From Kiritimatiellia bacterium (GTDB taxonomy: Bacteria; Verrucomicrobiota; Kiritimatiellia; JAAZAB01), in contig JAQUMN010000005.1 of the NCBI GenBank assembly GCA_028718125.1, positions 3,784 to 67,783 of the forward strand: 64,000 nt of DNA. Reading direction: 5' to 3'. Of this stretch, positions 10,047-19,572 are shown in pieces (the first letter of the stretch is position 1; every line of letters begins with the position of its first letter). The position numbers were made by a program, and so were the translations under genes. Under the pieces are notes generated by a model. That model made no database searches. It worked only from the letters and a program-made list of their open reading frames with translations, and was not told the origin of the DNA.

Positions 10047-10706
10047 ATGAACAGTCAAGCAATGGCTTTGGATTTGTACCCATCGGAGTCCGTGCTGGAC
10101 GGGTGGATGCACTCGTTTGGGGTGTATTACCCCAGGTGGAATGCCATAAGACATCAGAACTCGTCGTGGAGCAAGGCGGTGATTCTGGCAAAGCGAAAAC
10201 ACGAGGCGGTTATAGAACGATTCGGAATAATCATCGCCAGCCATTTGTACCCCTTATTGGAATCGGGAGAGAACTACATCATTACTCCGGTCCCGGGTGA
10301 GCAGGAACGAGAACGCTGCCTATTCCAAGGATTGGAACGGTGCGTTACAGAGATATTGGCCGACTGCATCCATGTAGGACTGAAGGACAAGAATAGCGTA
10401 AAGGTCGAAAACCTGCTGGCTCAGGTCAAGCCAAAGGGCAAAAGACAGCATCAGTGCCTCAACATAGCGGAACGCACGGCCAACGTGCGAAATATCTATG
10501 CCGTTATGAACGGGGGACGGGTTTACGGCAATAACATCATCTTGGTGGATGACGTCATTACATCAGGCGCGACCATGGCCGAATGCGCCCGTATTCTTCG
10601 AGAATCAGGCGCTTCAGATGTTATGGGCGTGGCCCTGGCAAGAACAGTCCGTTTAAGTCAACCGGAAGTCAACCACATCGGCGCCATGAGGGACGGTGGC
10701 ATATGA
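10047..10706 (+). CDS. comF: ComF-family phosphoribosyltransferase-domain protein
   Basis: C-terminal PRTase signature IILVDDVITSGATMAECARIL. RBS AGGAAAGGAA precedes the ATG at 10047. Confidence 0.65.
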   Translation: MNSQAMALDLYPSESVLDGWMHSFGVYYPRWNAIRHQNSSWSKAVILAKRKHEAVIERFGIIIASHLYPLLESGENYIITPVPGEQERERCLFQGLERCVTEILADCIHVGLKDKNSVKVENLLAQVKPKGKRQHQCLNIAERTANVRNIYAVMNGGRVYGNNIILVDDVITSGATMAECARILRESGASDVMGVALARTVRLSQPEVNHIGAMRDGGI

Positions 10707-11041
10707 ATTACTTAGTTGAATTCAAGCGCGAGACGTATGGCCACGATCATCGCGCCATCAATAAGCACAGCGAGAGGTGGTTCAGCGACAACTACGGTCG
10801 CATCTTTGTGCTGTCCCGTACCTTGGACGGATGTCCTCCGTTTTTCGAGGCATACGGACCATTCGCTGAATCCCACAAAGGGGTTCTGCCAAGACTCCGG
10901 GTAGCCGGGAAGGAATACTGGGGTAAAGGTTGGACATGGAAGCAGGCAAGCAAGGCGCTCTGCGCTGAAATCGGTGTAAACACGGGAGGAAACGATAATG
11001 GCGTATCAATGCGAAAACTGTCGGGAAGTGTACGAAAGTGA
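10703..11041 (+). CDS. hypothetical protein
   Basis: ATGA overlap with the comF stop. 112 aa, no recognised domain. Confidence 0.45.
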   Translation: MNYLVEFKRETYGHDHRAINKHSERWFSDNYGRIFVLSRTLDGCPPFFEAYGPFAESHKGVLPRLRVAGKEYWGKGWTWKQASKALCAEIGVNTGGNDNGVSMRKLSGSVRK

Positions 11042-11195
11042 AGAATCCATGGCGGTGTTTAAGGACATGCCGGTGTTGGATTGGAAGGAAAATAGTGAAG
11101 GCATGCGCTTGTCCGGTGAGTGTCCGTTGTGCGGCGGAATGGTTTTGCCAACGGAAGACAAGTTGCCGGAAGCTGCAACCGTTATGACCAGCTAA
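10998..11195 (+). CDS. small zinc-ribbon protein
   Basis: CENC...CPLC (two CxxC pairs). A GGGAGGA RBS lies upstream. Confidence 0.5.
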   Translation: MAYQCENCREVYESEESMAVFKDMPVLDWKENSEGMRLSGECPLCGGMVLPTEDKLPEAATVMTS

Positions 11196-11295
11196 AGGCA
11201 AGAATAAATACTGGGCAGATTGCCTGTCGGCGGGCAGGCCTGCCCCATTACGGACGACGTGCTGGTAACGGGCAACCGGAAGAAGATTCCCGATA

Positions 11296-11724
11296 ATGGA
11301 GGGTAAAATGAACACTGACAAAATATTTGGCGAGGTGATTTCTCGATACACTCGGTCACAAGCCATTGAGGATGGCGTGCTGGTTGACGTCACAGAGATG
11401 GCGCGGCAAGCGGGGATTAAACACCCGACAGCCATAACAGTCGGCGTGTTTGATGACTACGTGCATGTACCAAAAACACTGGCAGGAATGCAGGACGAAC
11501 AAGGACGACTCTGGGACATTCTCTGGATGTTCGTCTGGCATGCCAAGATTGGCGAAATCAACGGCAACGAAGGAATGTTTGAGGTGTCGTTTCTGACGTA
11601 TGAGGCCAAGGGGCTAAATGAAACAGCCACAAGCCGGAACGAAACAATCATGTTGAAGGCGGTATGCGGCCCAAACGATGATGGATCACCCTGCATCACA
11701 ATCATGAAGCCGGATGAAGATTGA
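11296..11724 (+). CDS. hypothetical protein
   Basis: 142-aa ORF. An alternative start at 11308 has a GGAGGG RBS. No recognised domain. Confidence 0.45.
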   Translation: MEGKMNTDKIFGEVISRYTRSQAIEDGVLVDVTEMARQAGIKHPTAITVGVFDDYVHVPKTLAGMQDEQGRLWDILWMFVWHAKIGEINGNEGMFEVSFLTYEAKGLNETATSRNETIMLKAVCGPNDDGSPCITIMKPDED

Positions 11725-11746
11725 ACAGCTCTTTTCTCGTTTTTCT

Positions 11747-11776
11747 GCCCGAGTCATTCCGACTCGGGCTTTTTTC
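11747..11776 (+). terminator. rho-independent terminator
   Basis: GCCCGAGTC-ATTCC-GACTCGGGC hairpin followed by TTTTTT. Confidence 0.6.
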
Positions 11777-11833
11777 CCCGTTTAGCGACAGCTCTCATAA
11801 GCCATCGAAAGGTTTATTATCTATAACTCGCTT

Positions 11834-12292
11834 GTGCCCCTCATGGATAGAAATACGACAAGTCGGTTTCATGTCAGCCGAAGTTCCTGGGGCGCACAAG
11901 CGGAGCGGATGGTTCGTAGGGAATTGGATAAGTTACCGATGAATCGATTCATGGTGGCACATGACATTCGATTCAAATACGGAAATATCGATCACCTGGT
12001 GATACGGGATGATGGCCGGGTGTTTCTGATCGAGACCAAGTCATATCGCGGTGTCATAACAACCAACGGTTACGGCCTCTATGTCAACGGACAACCTCTT
12101 GAAAATAATCCTATTTGTCAAATCAACAGAACCATACGTTGGATACGAAACATAATGATACGAGCCTTTGGAACAGGATGCTGGGTGACCGCGTTACTTG
12201 TGTTTCCCGCTGCTGACGTGCGAGTTCGATGGCCGCAAAAGAATGTGTTGGTTACGCGATTCGAGGATCTGCGCTGGCTTTTATCATCATAG
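11834..12292 (+). CDS. NERD-domain (nuclease-related) protein
   Basis: GNIDHLVIRDDGRVFLIETKSYRG matches the NERD D...E.K core. Confidence 0.65.
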   Translation: MPLMDRNTTSRFHVSRSSWGAQAERMVRRELDKLPMNRFMVAHDIRFKYGNIDHLVIRDDGRVFLIETKSYRGVITTNGYGLYVNGQPLENNPICQINRTIRWIRNIMIRAFGTGCWVTALLVFPAADVRVRWPQKNVLVTRFEDLRWLLSS

Positions 12293-15200
12293 TCACGGGA
12301 TTACAACCGCCATGGACAGTATATCGTTTCGGAATCGGTCCAATTCTTTTCGCATAGCCCTATTCGTTATAATATCCCACGAAATGGGTTGTTTATTCCG
12401 GCGGCCGATTTGAGCCATAGCAGGTACAACACCAATCCTCACGCCCCACTCTGGATTATCCAGCAAAGCCTTGAGCCTCTGAATATCTTCTATCGCGCCA
12501 ATTTCTCCGAGGGCTCGCGCCGCGTGAAACAGCACAGCCTCATTCTTGTTGTCGGTTAAAGCGCGAATAATGTCAGGCCGGGCCGCAGAACCAGCGCTAA
12601 CCAGCACCGATAATGCGGCTATGCGAACATCGTTATCCGGATCGTTCAACATGGCGACGACTGTAGCCATTCCCTCTTCTGTTGTAATTCGCAATGATTG
12701 AACAACGGCTTTTCGAATTCGTGCAGACGGACTTCTGATCAATTTGATGAAATCATCTTTTGCATCGGCCTCATACTCCGTTAATGCGGCAATGGCCGCC
12801 AGACAAACGGCTTCACAAGGATCCTGTAATGCTTTCCGCAAAACGGGGACGGCGACCGATTCGTTCGATTCACCGAGCGCTCGCACGCATGATTCGCGGA
12901 CATCCTCGTTGGGGGAATTCATAAAAGTTGCCAAATAATCGGCTTCCCTTTTTTCGTGTCCGCTAATCCGCGCATGAGCCACCAAGGCTTCGACTTGGAC
13001 CTCAATCGATGTGGAGCATGTCAGTTTCTTTACGACTGAGGCAGCGGCTGGCGAACCAATAAAACCGAGCGCGTGGACGGCTTTTGCCGTAAGGGTTGCA
13101 TCCCTTGACGTTTTTATCTGCTGTAATAAACAGGGAACAGCCTTTTCAGAACGGCAGTAGCCCAATGCGCCAATAACAGCAACGAGAGTCCTCTTGTTGC
13201 CGGCTTTCATCATATTGATCAGAGGGGCAACCGCACCATTCCCTATCTTGCCGATGGCGGCGCTGGCCATTTCGGCCACATCCGGAAATGACAGCTTGAG
13301 TAACGGCAATAAGGCCGGGAGGTCATCGTGTGACGGATATTTCGCAACCATTTGCACGGCATCACGAAGGTCGGCTCTTTCTTTTGATTTCAGCAATGGA
13401 CGAATATAGGGTATAGCTTTAGGGCCGCTGTCCGCCAACAAAGCAATGGCCGTAAGTGACGTATCTTTATCGGGAGCAGTCATCAATCGAATCAGGATAT
13501 CGAGGGCCTTCTCCCCCCATGATCGTAGCAGGCCATAAATAAATTCTGGTTTAACCCATTCTTTTGGATGGGCAAATTCCTTTAATAGATATTCATAAAG
13601 GGCTGCGTGATATTGGGCCGGAATAATCGACGAGGGAACTTCATGTAATGCCCGTACGGCAATTTCAAGAGGCCTTAAGGCCAAATCTTCCGGCAAGCAA
13701 CCGAGAAGACGCGGAATATAGGATTTGATATCTTGGGATAAAATTCCTCCAAGCAATGCAAGGGGTTCCATCCACATCGGATCATACATGTTGGCATGGA
13801 CTATCGCAGCCCATTGTGGTTGCCGGGACAAAGCGCGAGCGACAAGGTATTCCTGAAAAGTAAGGTGGAGGAATGTAAACCAATCGCCCTGTTCGTCCAA
13901 CGGGACGATAATACCGTCTTTGCACAAGTAATTGACAATACTTGGATTTTCAAGACGGCGGAGCATGGCTTTGACAGGGTGGGATTCGTCCATGCGATTC
14001 ATGTAGCCATCGGTTGGATTCCAAAAATAATCCGTCAATTCGGACGAAGCGAGTGTCTCGTTGGGAAAATACTTGAATGCGATATCTTCCAGCAACCGTA
14101 AGTTACACTCAATGACCTCGCTATTGGACATTTGCCCCTTATCGAGCGCCGGCCATTGGCCGAGCATGCCTTTGATAATGACCTCATAGACCTCGCATCG
14201 TTGTGTTGGCAATCGGTCCGACTGTCGCCGGGACGAGTAAACCTTGCAGAGCAACGTGGCCAACAAAGGATTCTGGATCATGCCGGCGACAGATGGCCGC
14301 GCATCCAGGTCGGCCAATAACCGCTGGCTCAGATCAGGATTTGCAGCAAAGAAATTGCCGATAAATCGCGCTGTGTCCGGCTTACGAAAGGGGCATAATT
14401 GGAGTTCCTTGCGCTTCCCTCCAGGCGCACGGTCAAGCGATATGAGGTCGGATTTATAACCGATAACACGCGAACTAATAATCAATCTTGCTTTGACGTT
14501 GGCCGCAAAAACATTCAAGCGCTCAGCAACGCCCTCTTGATTCGATCGGACTTCATCCCATGCATCGAGGTGGAGGACGGAATGATAACGGCACGCTTTG
14601 TTGCCGTCATCCCATAACGAACGCCAGAGGACCTGGATCAATGGGGTCACGATCTTCTGAGTTTGGCACAAGGCAAACAGAATAGCGCCGCCGAAAAGTT
14701 CGTAGTCAGTAAGAAGGGAACCGGGAGCAATGACATCAGCCGACTTTAATAGATCGAGGATGTCATCGGCATGGTTGAGCGCCTCAGCGACCCGCGACAA
14801 GCGGACATAAACGGGAATGACAATAGAGGGCGGGTGTTTCTCGATCTTCGAACCCTGTAAGAGCTTTAATGTCGCTTGAGCGATGAGTTTGGAGTTGAAT
14901 TTTAACCATTCCGTTTTTCCGCTGCCCGGATCGCCCAAAAGAATACATTGATCCAACTGATCTACCCAGTCCTTGACTGGTTTACGATCTGGCGCAGTGC
15001 CTGAATCCCAGGCCGAATTGCGAAACGCGTAAATTTTACTGCGTAATTCCGGTTCCGCTTGAACAGACTCGTTCAGCCGGAATCGTTCTCGCGCCATGAT
15101 ATCCTCGGCCTGCAGAACCTGGCGAAATGGAACTGCGGACAGAGGAATGCGGAGCGCATCAAGCTTGAGATGCAGTCTCTCCAGCAAGGGAGATGCCGAG

Positions 15201-16003
15201 AGATGACGGTTAAGCCAGGCAAGGTAATCAACCAAGCCGGACGTTACATCTGGATATTTGTCATCGCGAACATCTGCCGATGGAGGGCGTTCCGGTTTAA
15301 CGGAGGCCCTTATTTCAGATAATAATTGCTTTAATCCAACAACTTGAACATGCGGCCTTCTCATTTCGATCTTTGCTTCCGTGAGTTTTAAGCGAAATGA
15401 CAGGCCTATATCGGACTTCGCCATCAAATAATTGCGGAAGTTTTCTCTTAAGAAAATCGCCTCTTTATCGGGAAGACGTGTCATTCCATCCGATTTATAG
15501 AACGGCATGCGATTTGACCCGAATCCACGGTGGGTCTGTTGTATCGGCATCCACATAACGCGAACAGCTTCTGCTGGAGCGCGGAAGGTGCTTCGTGTCT
15601 TATAACGTTTCAACGCGGCCAACAACTCGACATCGTCGGCAATATCACCGTAGGACACAACCTGGTCGTTTTTTGCCTGTATGTGTCGATCCAGTATCAG
15701 CGCCATAACGCCAATATGAAAGCGGCTGTCCTGATTCATCGCCTTGACGATTAGGCCTTCTTGCAAGGCTCTGCACTCAGGATAAGCATCGGTCTGAACC
15801 CGAAGCACTCCATTCGGCACATCAATGATCAGACGATTATTTGGCATCTGTACCACCCCGTACGGTTCAGAACGGTCCTCCGAGTTGCTCCCATAAAAAA
15901 AATAGCCGAGAATCGAGTCATAAAAAAGCAAATATTGTCGACATATCGACCAGTCAACGCAGAGCTGGACGCGAGGGCATAGTTGCCAAGCTCTGTGAGA
16001 CAA
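12293..16003 (-). CDS. NACHT/STAND NTPase with unknown N-terminal domain and C-terminal HEAT-repeat array (bNACHT/Avs-like antiviral candidate)
   Basis: Walker A ILLGDPGSGKTEWL and Walker B VLHLDAWDEV (NACHT style hhhhD-W-DE). The C-terminal 400 aa are tandem HEAT/PBS-lyase-like repeats (…VRIAALSVL…, …VRESCVRALGE…). A likely alternative start MPNNRLIID at about 15849 has a GGGGTGG RBS. Confidence 0.75.
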   Translation of the reverse strand: MSHRAWQLCPRVQLCVDWSICRQYLLFYDSILGYFFYGSNSEDRSEPYGVVQMPNNRLIIDVPNGVLRVQTDAYPECRALQEGLIVKAMNQDSRFHIGVMALILDRHIQAKNDQVVSYGDIADDVELLAALKRYKTRSTFRAPAEAVRVMWMPIQQTHRGFGSNRMPFYKSDGMTRLPDKEAIFLRENFRNYLMAKSDIGLSFRLKLTEAKIEMRRPHVQVVGLKQLLSEIRASVKPERPPSADVRDDKYPDVTSGLVDYLAWLNRHLSASPLLERLHLKLDALRIPLSAVPFRQVLQAEDIMARERFRLNESVQAEPELRSKIYAFRNSAWDSGTAPDRKPVKDWVDQLDQCILLGDPGSGKTEWLKFNSKLIAQATLKLLQGSKIEKHPPSIVIPVYVRLSRVAEALNHADDILDLLKSADVIAPGSLLTDYELFGGAILFALCQTQKIVTPLIQVLWRSLWDDGNKACRYHSVLHLDAWDEVRSNQEGVAERLNVFAANVKARLIISSRVIGYKSDLISLDRAPGGKRKELQLCPFRKPDTARFIGNFFAANPDLSQRLLADLDARPSVAGMIQNPLLATLLCKVYSSRRQSDRLPTQRCEVYEVIIKGMLGQWPALDKGQMSNSEVIECNLRLLEDIAFKYFPNETLASSELTDYFWNPTDGYMNRMDESHPVKAMLRRLENPSIVNYLCKDGIIVPLDEQGDWFTFLHLTFQEYLVARALSRQPQWAAIVHANMYDPMWMEPLALLGGILSQDIKSYIPRLLGCLPEDLALRPLEIAVRALHEVPSSIIPAQYHAALYEYLLKEFAHPKEWVKPEFIYGLLRSWGEKALDILIRLMTAPDKDTSLTAIALLADSGPKAIPYIRPLLKSKERADLRDAVQMVAKYPSHDDLPALLPLLKLSFPDVAEMASAAIGKIGNGAVAPLINMMKAGNKRTLVAVIGALGYCRSEKAVPCLLQQIKTSRDATLTAKAVHALGFIGSPAAASVVKKLTCSTSIEVQVEALVAHARISGHEKREADYLATFMNSPNEDVRESCVRALGESNESVAVPVLRKALQDPCEAVCLAAIAALTEYEADAKDDFIKLIRSPSARIRKAVVQSLRITTEEGMATVVAMLNDPDNDVRIAALSVLVSAGSAARPDIIRALTDNKNEAVLFHAARALGEIGAIEDIQRLKALLDNPEWGVRIGVVPAMAQIGRRNKQPISWDIITNRAMRKELDRFRNDILSMAVVIP

Positions 16004-16038
16004 GCTGTGATCGGTGATTATGGAATCGAAAGGGGGGC

Positions 16039-16437
16039 ATGATGGACGACTATTTCCACAGGATTTATGGGTTATACATTGATTGGGCCGGCAACATACC
16101 GGACAGCAAGCTGCTTACCATTATACGGCTAACCCTGTTATTCGCCGTGCCAACGGCGATCTATTACTGGGCATTTATCTCCGGACGACGCGGGGGATTT
16201 AGCCGGTTAGTGGCGGCGGTGCTTGCCGATGGACTGGTTCTCGCCGTTCCCATCCACGCGCCATACGACCTAACGGCCAGAGCCTGGATTTTTACCGGTT
16301 GTATCATGGCGTTGGCCTACAGCCCAGGGTCTCTTCCTTTTCTGGTTTATCGAGAGGCGGGGCGACAGCGTCGTCTGCGGCTGGGATTGTATGTCCTAAT
16401 GGCTGTGCTTCTTGTGGTTGGACTGCTGTGGAACTGA
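16039..16437 (+). CDS. small integral membrane protein (about 4 TM)
   Basis: Hydrophobic segments LLTIIRLTLLFAVPTAIYYWAFI, LVAAVLADGLVLAV and LYVLMAVLLVVGLLW. Confidence 0.45.
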   Translation: MMDDYFHRIYGLYIDWAGNIPDSKLLTIIRLTLLFAVPTAIYYWAFISGRRGGFSRLVAAVLADGLVLAVPIHAPYDLTARAWIFTGCIMALAYSPGSLPFLVYREAGRQRRLRLGLYVLMAVLLVVGLLWN

Positions 16438-16449
16438 TAGGGGATCGCC

Positions 16450-17088
16450 ATGTTTACGATAATTAAAACGTGGATACGCAAAGTCTGGCGGCAATTCATT
16501 GGCCAACCTGACATGCCGATTGTTATTCGTCCGATTATAGAAGGCGGCGATAACAGGCACTGGTGGCGCCATAACGCGAAGAATCACGATGCGGAGGAAG
16601 ATCATTTCCGGCGGATGGACCCGACAGAGGCTGCTCGGGAAATCTTCGCGCCCAGTCATGGAGAGGAAGATAGTTACGGGTTTACACGGGTTGGTCCCGA
16701 TGGAACTGTTCCCCATCAGGGCGAACAGTGGGACCGTGAACACAATGCCATGCGGGTGAGACGGCGTAAGTTCATGGTGATCACATGCTCACAAGGCGTT
16801 GTCCGTTCTGCAGAGGAAATCAACGGTATTTGCAGTGAATGTCATGGAACTGAAGCAACCGTTGTTCGCTGCTCTGTTTGTGGCGTCATCCTCTGCCAGC
16901 TTCATGCCTATGTCTTGGAGCATCCTACCGGGAATGTGGTTTATTGCCGGACACATCTCGAAGAAGCCCAGGACAACTGGGACACATGGGAAGCCTATGA
17001 CGTTCAACGGGGAGTGCGGCCCAGTCGGAGTGTGTATCCTGGGCGACCGCACGCAGTGGCGCGATATTTACAAAAACAAGGTGGCTGA
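16450..17088 (+). CDS. Cys-rich (zinc-ribbon) hypothetical protein
   Basis: C-terminal CSECHG...CSVCGVILC...CRTH. Lies 13 nt after the membrane protein gene and directly before the ATPase gene. Confidence 0.45.
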   Translation: MFTIIKTWIRKVWRQFIGQPDMPIVIRPIIEGGDNRHWWRHNAKNHDAEEDHFRRMDPTEAAREIFAPSHGEEDSYGFTRVGPDGTVPHQGEQWDREHNAMRVRRRKFMVITCSQGVVRSAEEINGICSECHGTEATVVRCSVCGVILCQLHAYVLEHPTGNVVYCRTHLEEAQDNWDTWEAYDVQRGVRPSRSVYPGRPHAVARYLQKQGG

Positions 17089-17089
17089 A

Positions 17090-18799
17090 ATGACTAACGA
17101 CAAACCAAACAAGCATACCCAGTTCGAGCGGGCGCTCATAGAACTGGAAATGGCCATGAAGTCGGGAAAGATCGCCGACCCACTAATTCAGGAGTACTGG
17201 CGCCGTGGACTGTCGCCTCTTGGCAATGGTGAGCATGGAGCGAAGGCACAGGCAATTCTGGAGAATCTGCTGACAGGACCCTCAATCCTGGCCGGTCTTG
17301 CATTGCCGTCCGAGCCGCCGGAGCCCGAAATAGATCCCAGGTTGTTGGTGTTCATCGGCCGGCGACGGGCCCTGCGTCGGATGACTGGGATTTTGAAGAA
17401 GCTACTGACTATGCACCTGCTTATTCAAGGACCCACGGGCTCTGGAAAAACAAATCTTATCTGGTTCATCATTCAACAGCTAATTGAAGCCGGCGTGAAA
17501 GTAATTTTCCACGATCACAAGAATGAGGGCCGTAAATTGCTGCGGCGATATTCCGGCGTCGTTGTTCTCCGAGTATCGGACTTCCGGGAAAACCTCCTTA
17601 AACCGGTGGGAGACCCGAAGCAGTATTTCTCGACATTCTGGAGCGAGTTTGCGCGCGCTTACAAAATCCGCCGCGAGACAGCCGTGAAACTCGTCGGTAT
17701 TTCTATGCGAGTTTTTGCCGGCTTGAAGCCTGATGAGCCCCATCCCAGTCTTTATGACTTTGCCTGCATGTTGCACAGGATGGCGAAAAGCGAAGGCGAC
17801 TCGACACTGGCAACTGCCGCCGTGGCATTGGAATCGCTGAATGCAACACTGGGAAAAGCGGCGACTGTCCGCGAAGGGTCTTGTGCCGATGATGTCTTCA
17901 ATGTGGTTGTGATGCAATGTCATGGGCAACCCTCTGAGTTTCTCGAATTCTTCATGGGTATCCGTTTATTCCGTAGCCATGTGAAGGCGATTGCCCATGG
18001 ACATACGGGTGAATTGACGTCCGTGGTCGTCAGCGACGAGGGGGGCATTGAATTCGCCAAAGAGTTCAGTGCTGAGGCCGGATCAGGATACATCACTCCG
18101 CAGAAACGGTTGATTACCCAATGCCGAAGTACGGGGACCGGTTTGGTAATCGCCACCCAAAGTGTCAGCGCGATTGACCCTGCCGTCATATCAAATATCG
18201 GATCGTTCGTATGTCTGAAGGCGCAGTCTGATTCCGATGTGCGTATCAGCGGTCGGCTTCTGGGTTTCTCCGATGAGCGATTTGACGAAGTTCGGAATAT
18301 TCCACGCTGGTCTGGCTTGCTCAAGACGCCGAGCCATTCGGGCGCTGTTCTTGTTGATATCCCTGAGGTGGACATGGGCGACTACATGAGCGACGAGGAA
18401 CTGGATAGATTAAATCGCACGGCGTTTGAGCGTTTGAACACGCAATCGATTTTTGCGCCGGTCCATCAGGACGCCGGAGCGCCAATATCCTACAGGGACA
18501 TCCTCGGCGAGACGACGCCACCTGCTCCGGCAGCATCAGACTCAGATCAATTATTCGACTTCCGGGCCGAACACACGAGCTTCATTCGCGAAATTATTGC
18601 ACACCCTGATGCCAGCGTCGTGGAGCATTACGTGAACCTTGGGTGGAGTGCCGGACGGGGTAATCGTGTGAAAACCGATCTCATGGACAATGGCATCATT
18701 GAGTCACAGCGCCAGACTTCGCGCAATGGCCGGCCTATCGAACAGCTTGTACTGACGGAAAAAGGGAGGGCGCTTTTCGATGACGCATCAAAAGCATAG
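17090..18799 (+). CDS. P-loop ATPase of the HerA/FtsK/VirD4-VirB4 clade
   Basis: Walker A HLLIQGPTGSGKTNLI followed by VIFHDHKNEG (the DpxGE box characteristic of HerA/FtsK/TraG-like ATPases); later GLVIATQSVSAIDP. The track ORF begins at 16799, but the ATG at 17090 directly follows the upstream stop and avoids overlap. Confidence 0.65.
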   Translation: MTNDKPNKHTQFERALIELEMAMKSGKIADPLIQEYWRRGLSPLGNGEHGAKAQAILENLLTGPSILAGLALPSEPPEPEIDPRLLVFIGRRRALRRMTGILKKLLTMHLLIQGPTGSGKTNLIWFIIQQLIEAGVKVIFHDHKNEGRKLLRRYSGVVVLRVSDFRENLLKPVGDPKQYFSTFWSEFARAYKIRRETAVKLVGISMRVFAGLKPDEPHPSLYDFACMLHRMAKSEGDSTLATAAVALESLNATLGKAATVREGSCADDVFNVVVMQCHGQPSEFLEFFMGIRLFRSHVKAIAHGHTGELTSVVVSDEGGIEFAKEFSAEAGSGYITPQKRLITQCRSTGTGLVIATQSVSAIDPAVISNIGSFVCLKAQSDSDVRISGRLLGFSDERFDEVRNIPRWSGLLKTPSHSGAVLVDIPEVDMGDYMSDEELDRLNRTAFERLNTQSIFAPVHQDAGAPISYRDILGETTPPAPAASDSDQLFDFRAEHTSFIREIIAHPDASVVEHYVNLGWSAGRGNRVKTDLMDNGIIESQRQTSRNGRPIEQLVLTEKGRALFDDASKA

Positions 18800-19214
18800 T
18801 CGCGGTTACGAATTAATGGACCACCGCCAGGCCAAGGTTGAAGGCCGAGCGATGCTTCTCGCAGCCGGGTTTGATCTAGCTCAGTGCGAATACCGGAACG
18901 CGGATGTGGTCGGGATGCGGCGGGCCGGCAACCGAATTTACGTCCTAACTGTGGAATTTGAGAGGACCGCGCGGAACGCGTTAAGAAATATTCGCCGTAA
19001 TCTAGCAAATGGTAGCGATTGCGTTTTGGAAGCGTGCATGACGCCATCAGCCAAGGACGCGATACAACGACTAATTCGGCAAAAATTGAGGCCCGATGAG
19101 CAAGAGAAAGTTCGTGTAGTGCTGTGTGACGAACTGAGTATCGAGCTTTTACGCTCATTGAATGGGGAAAACAAGGTTGATTCAGAGTTTATTCAGGTTT
19201 CTTCGCGGAGTTAA
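18780..19214 (+). CDS. hypothetical protein, possible restriction-endonuclease-like fold
   Basis: Start overlaps the ATPase stop by 20 nt. ...GFDLAQCEYRNADVVGMRRAGNRIYVLTVEFERT resembles a D...ExE/K nuclease core. Confidence 0.4.
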   Translation: MTHQKHSRGYELMDHRQAKVEGRAMLLAAGFDLAQCEYRNADVVGMRRAGNRIYVLTVEFERTARNALRNIRRNLANGSDCVLEACMTPSAKDAIQRLIRQKLRPDEQEKVRVVLCDELSIELLRSLNGENKVDSEFIQVSSRS

Positions 19215-19315
19215 TTCCGCGGAAATGCGGGTTTGTTCAGATTGATTCACAAAGACACTGCAGCCGATGTGACAGTAGGAAAAACAAAGCAGTCACGGAA
19301 AGGAGGTGAAAACAG

Positions 19316-19570
19316 ATGAACTCCAAGAACATTACGATCGTGAAGCCTGGAGCAGGCGAAAACGCGCTGAGCGAAGCATATGACATCACGATTCAGCCTG
19401 GACACACGGGCAAGCAGGTGGTGGAGCAACTGAAGCTTAAGGGCGAGTATAGCCTGACGAAAGGCGACGGCAAGCCGGTTGATATGTTGGCGGACCTTTT
19501 CCCGCTCGTTGAAAACGGAGAAAAGTTGTTCGCAACGACGCCGGCGACGGTTGGACGGTTGGCGGCATAA
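19316..19570 (+). CDS. ubiquitin-like beta-grasp protein (BilA-like)
   Basis: 84 aa. Strong RBS AAAGGAGGTG. First gene of the Ubl-E2-JAB-E1 operon. C-terminus is ...TVGRLAA (Gly followed by a 4-residue tail). Confidence 0.55.
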   Translation: MNSKNITIVKPGAGENALSEAYDITIQPGHTGKQVVEQLKLKGEYSLTKGDGKPVDMLADLFPLVENGEKLFATTPATVGRLAA

Positions 19571-19572
19571 CA

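Noticed and set aside
16799-17089. N-terminal 97-aa extension of the ATPase ORF in the track
   Set aside because: It overlaps the Cys-rich gene in another frame. The ATG at 17090 follows the upstream stop by 1 nt and begins a plausible N-terminus (MTNDKPNK).
17090-18799. Conjugative coupling protein (VirD4/TraD) interpretation
   Set aside because: There are no N-terminal TM helices in this protein and no relaxase or T4SS genes anywhere in the window. It is kept as a generic HerA/FtsK/VirD4-clade ATPase.
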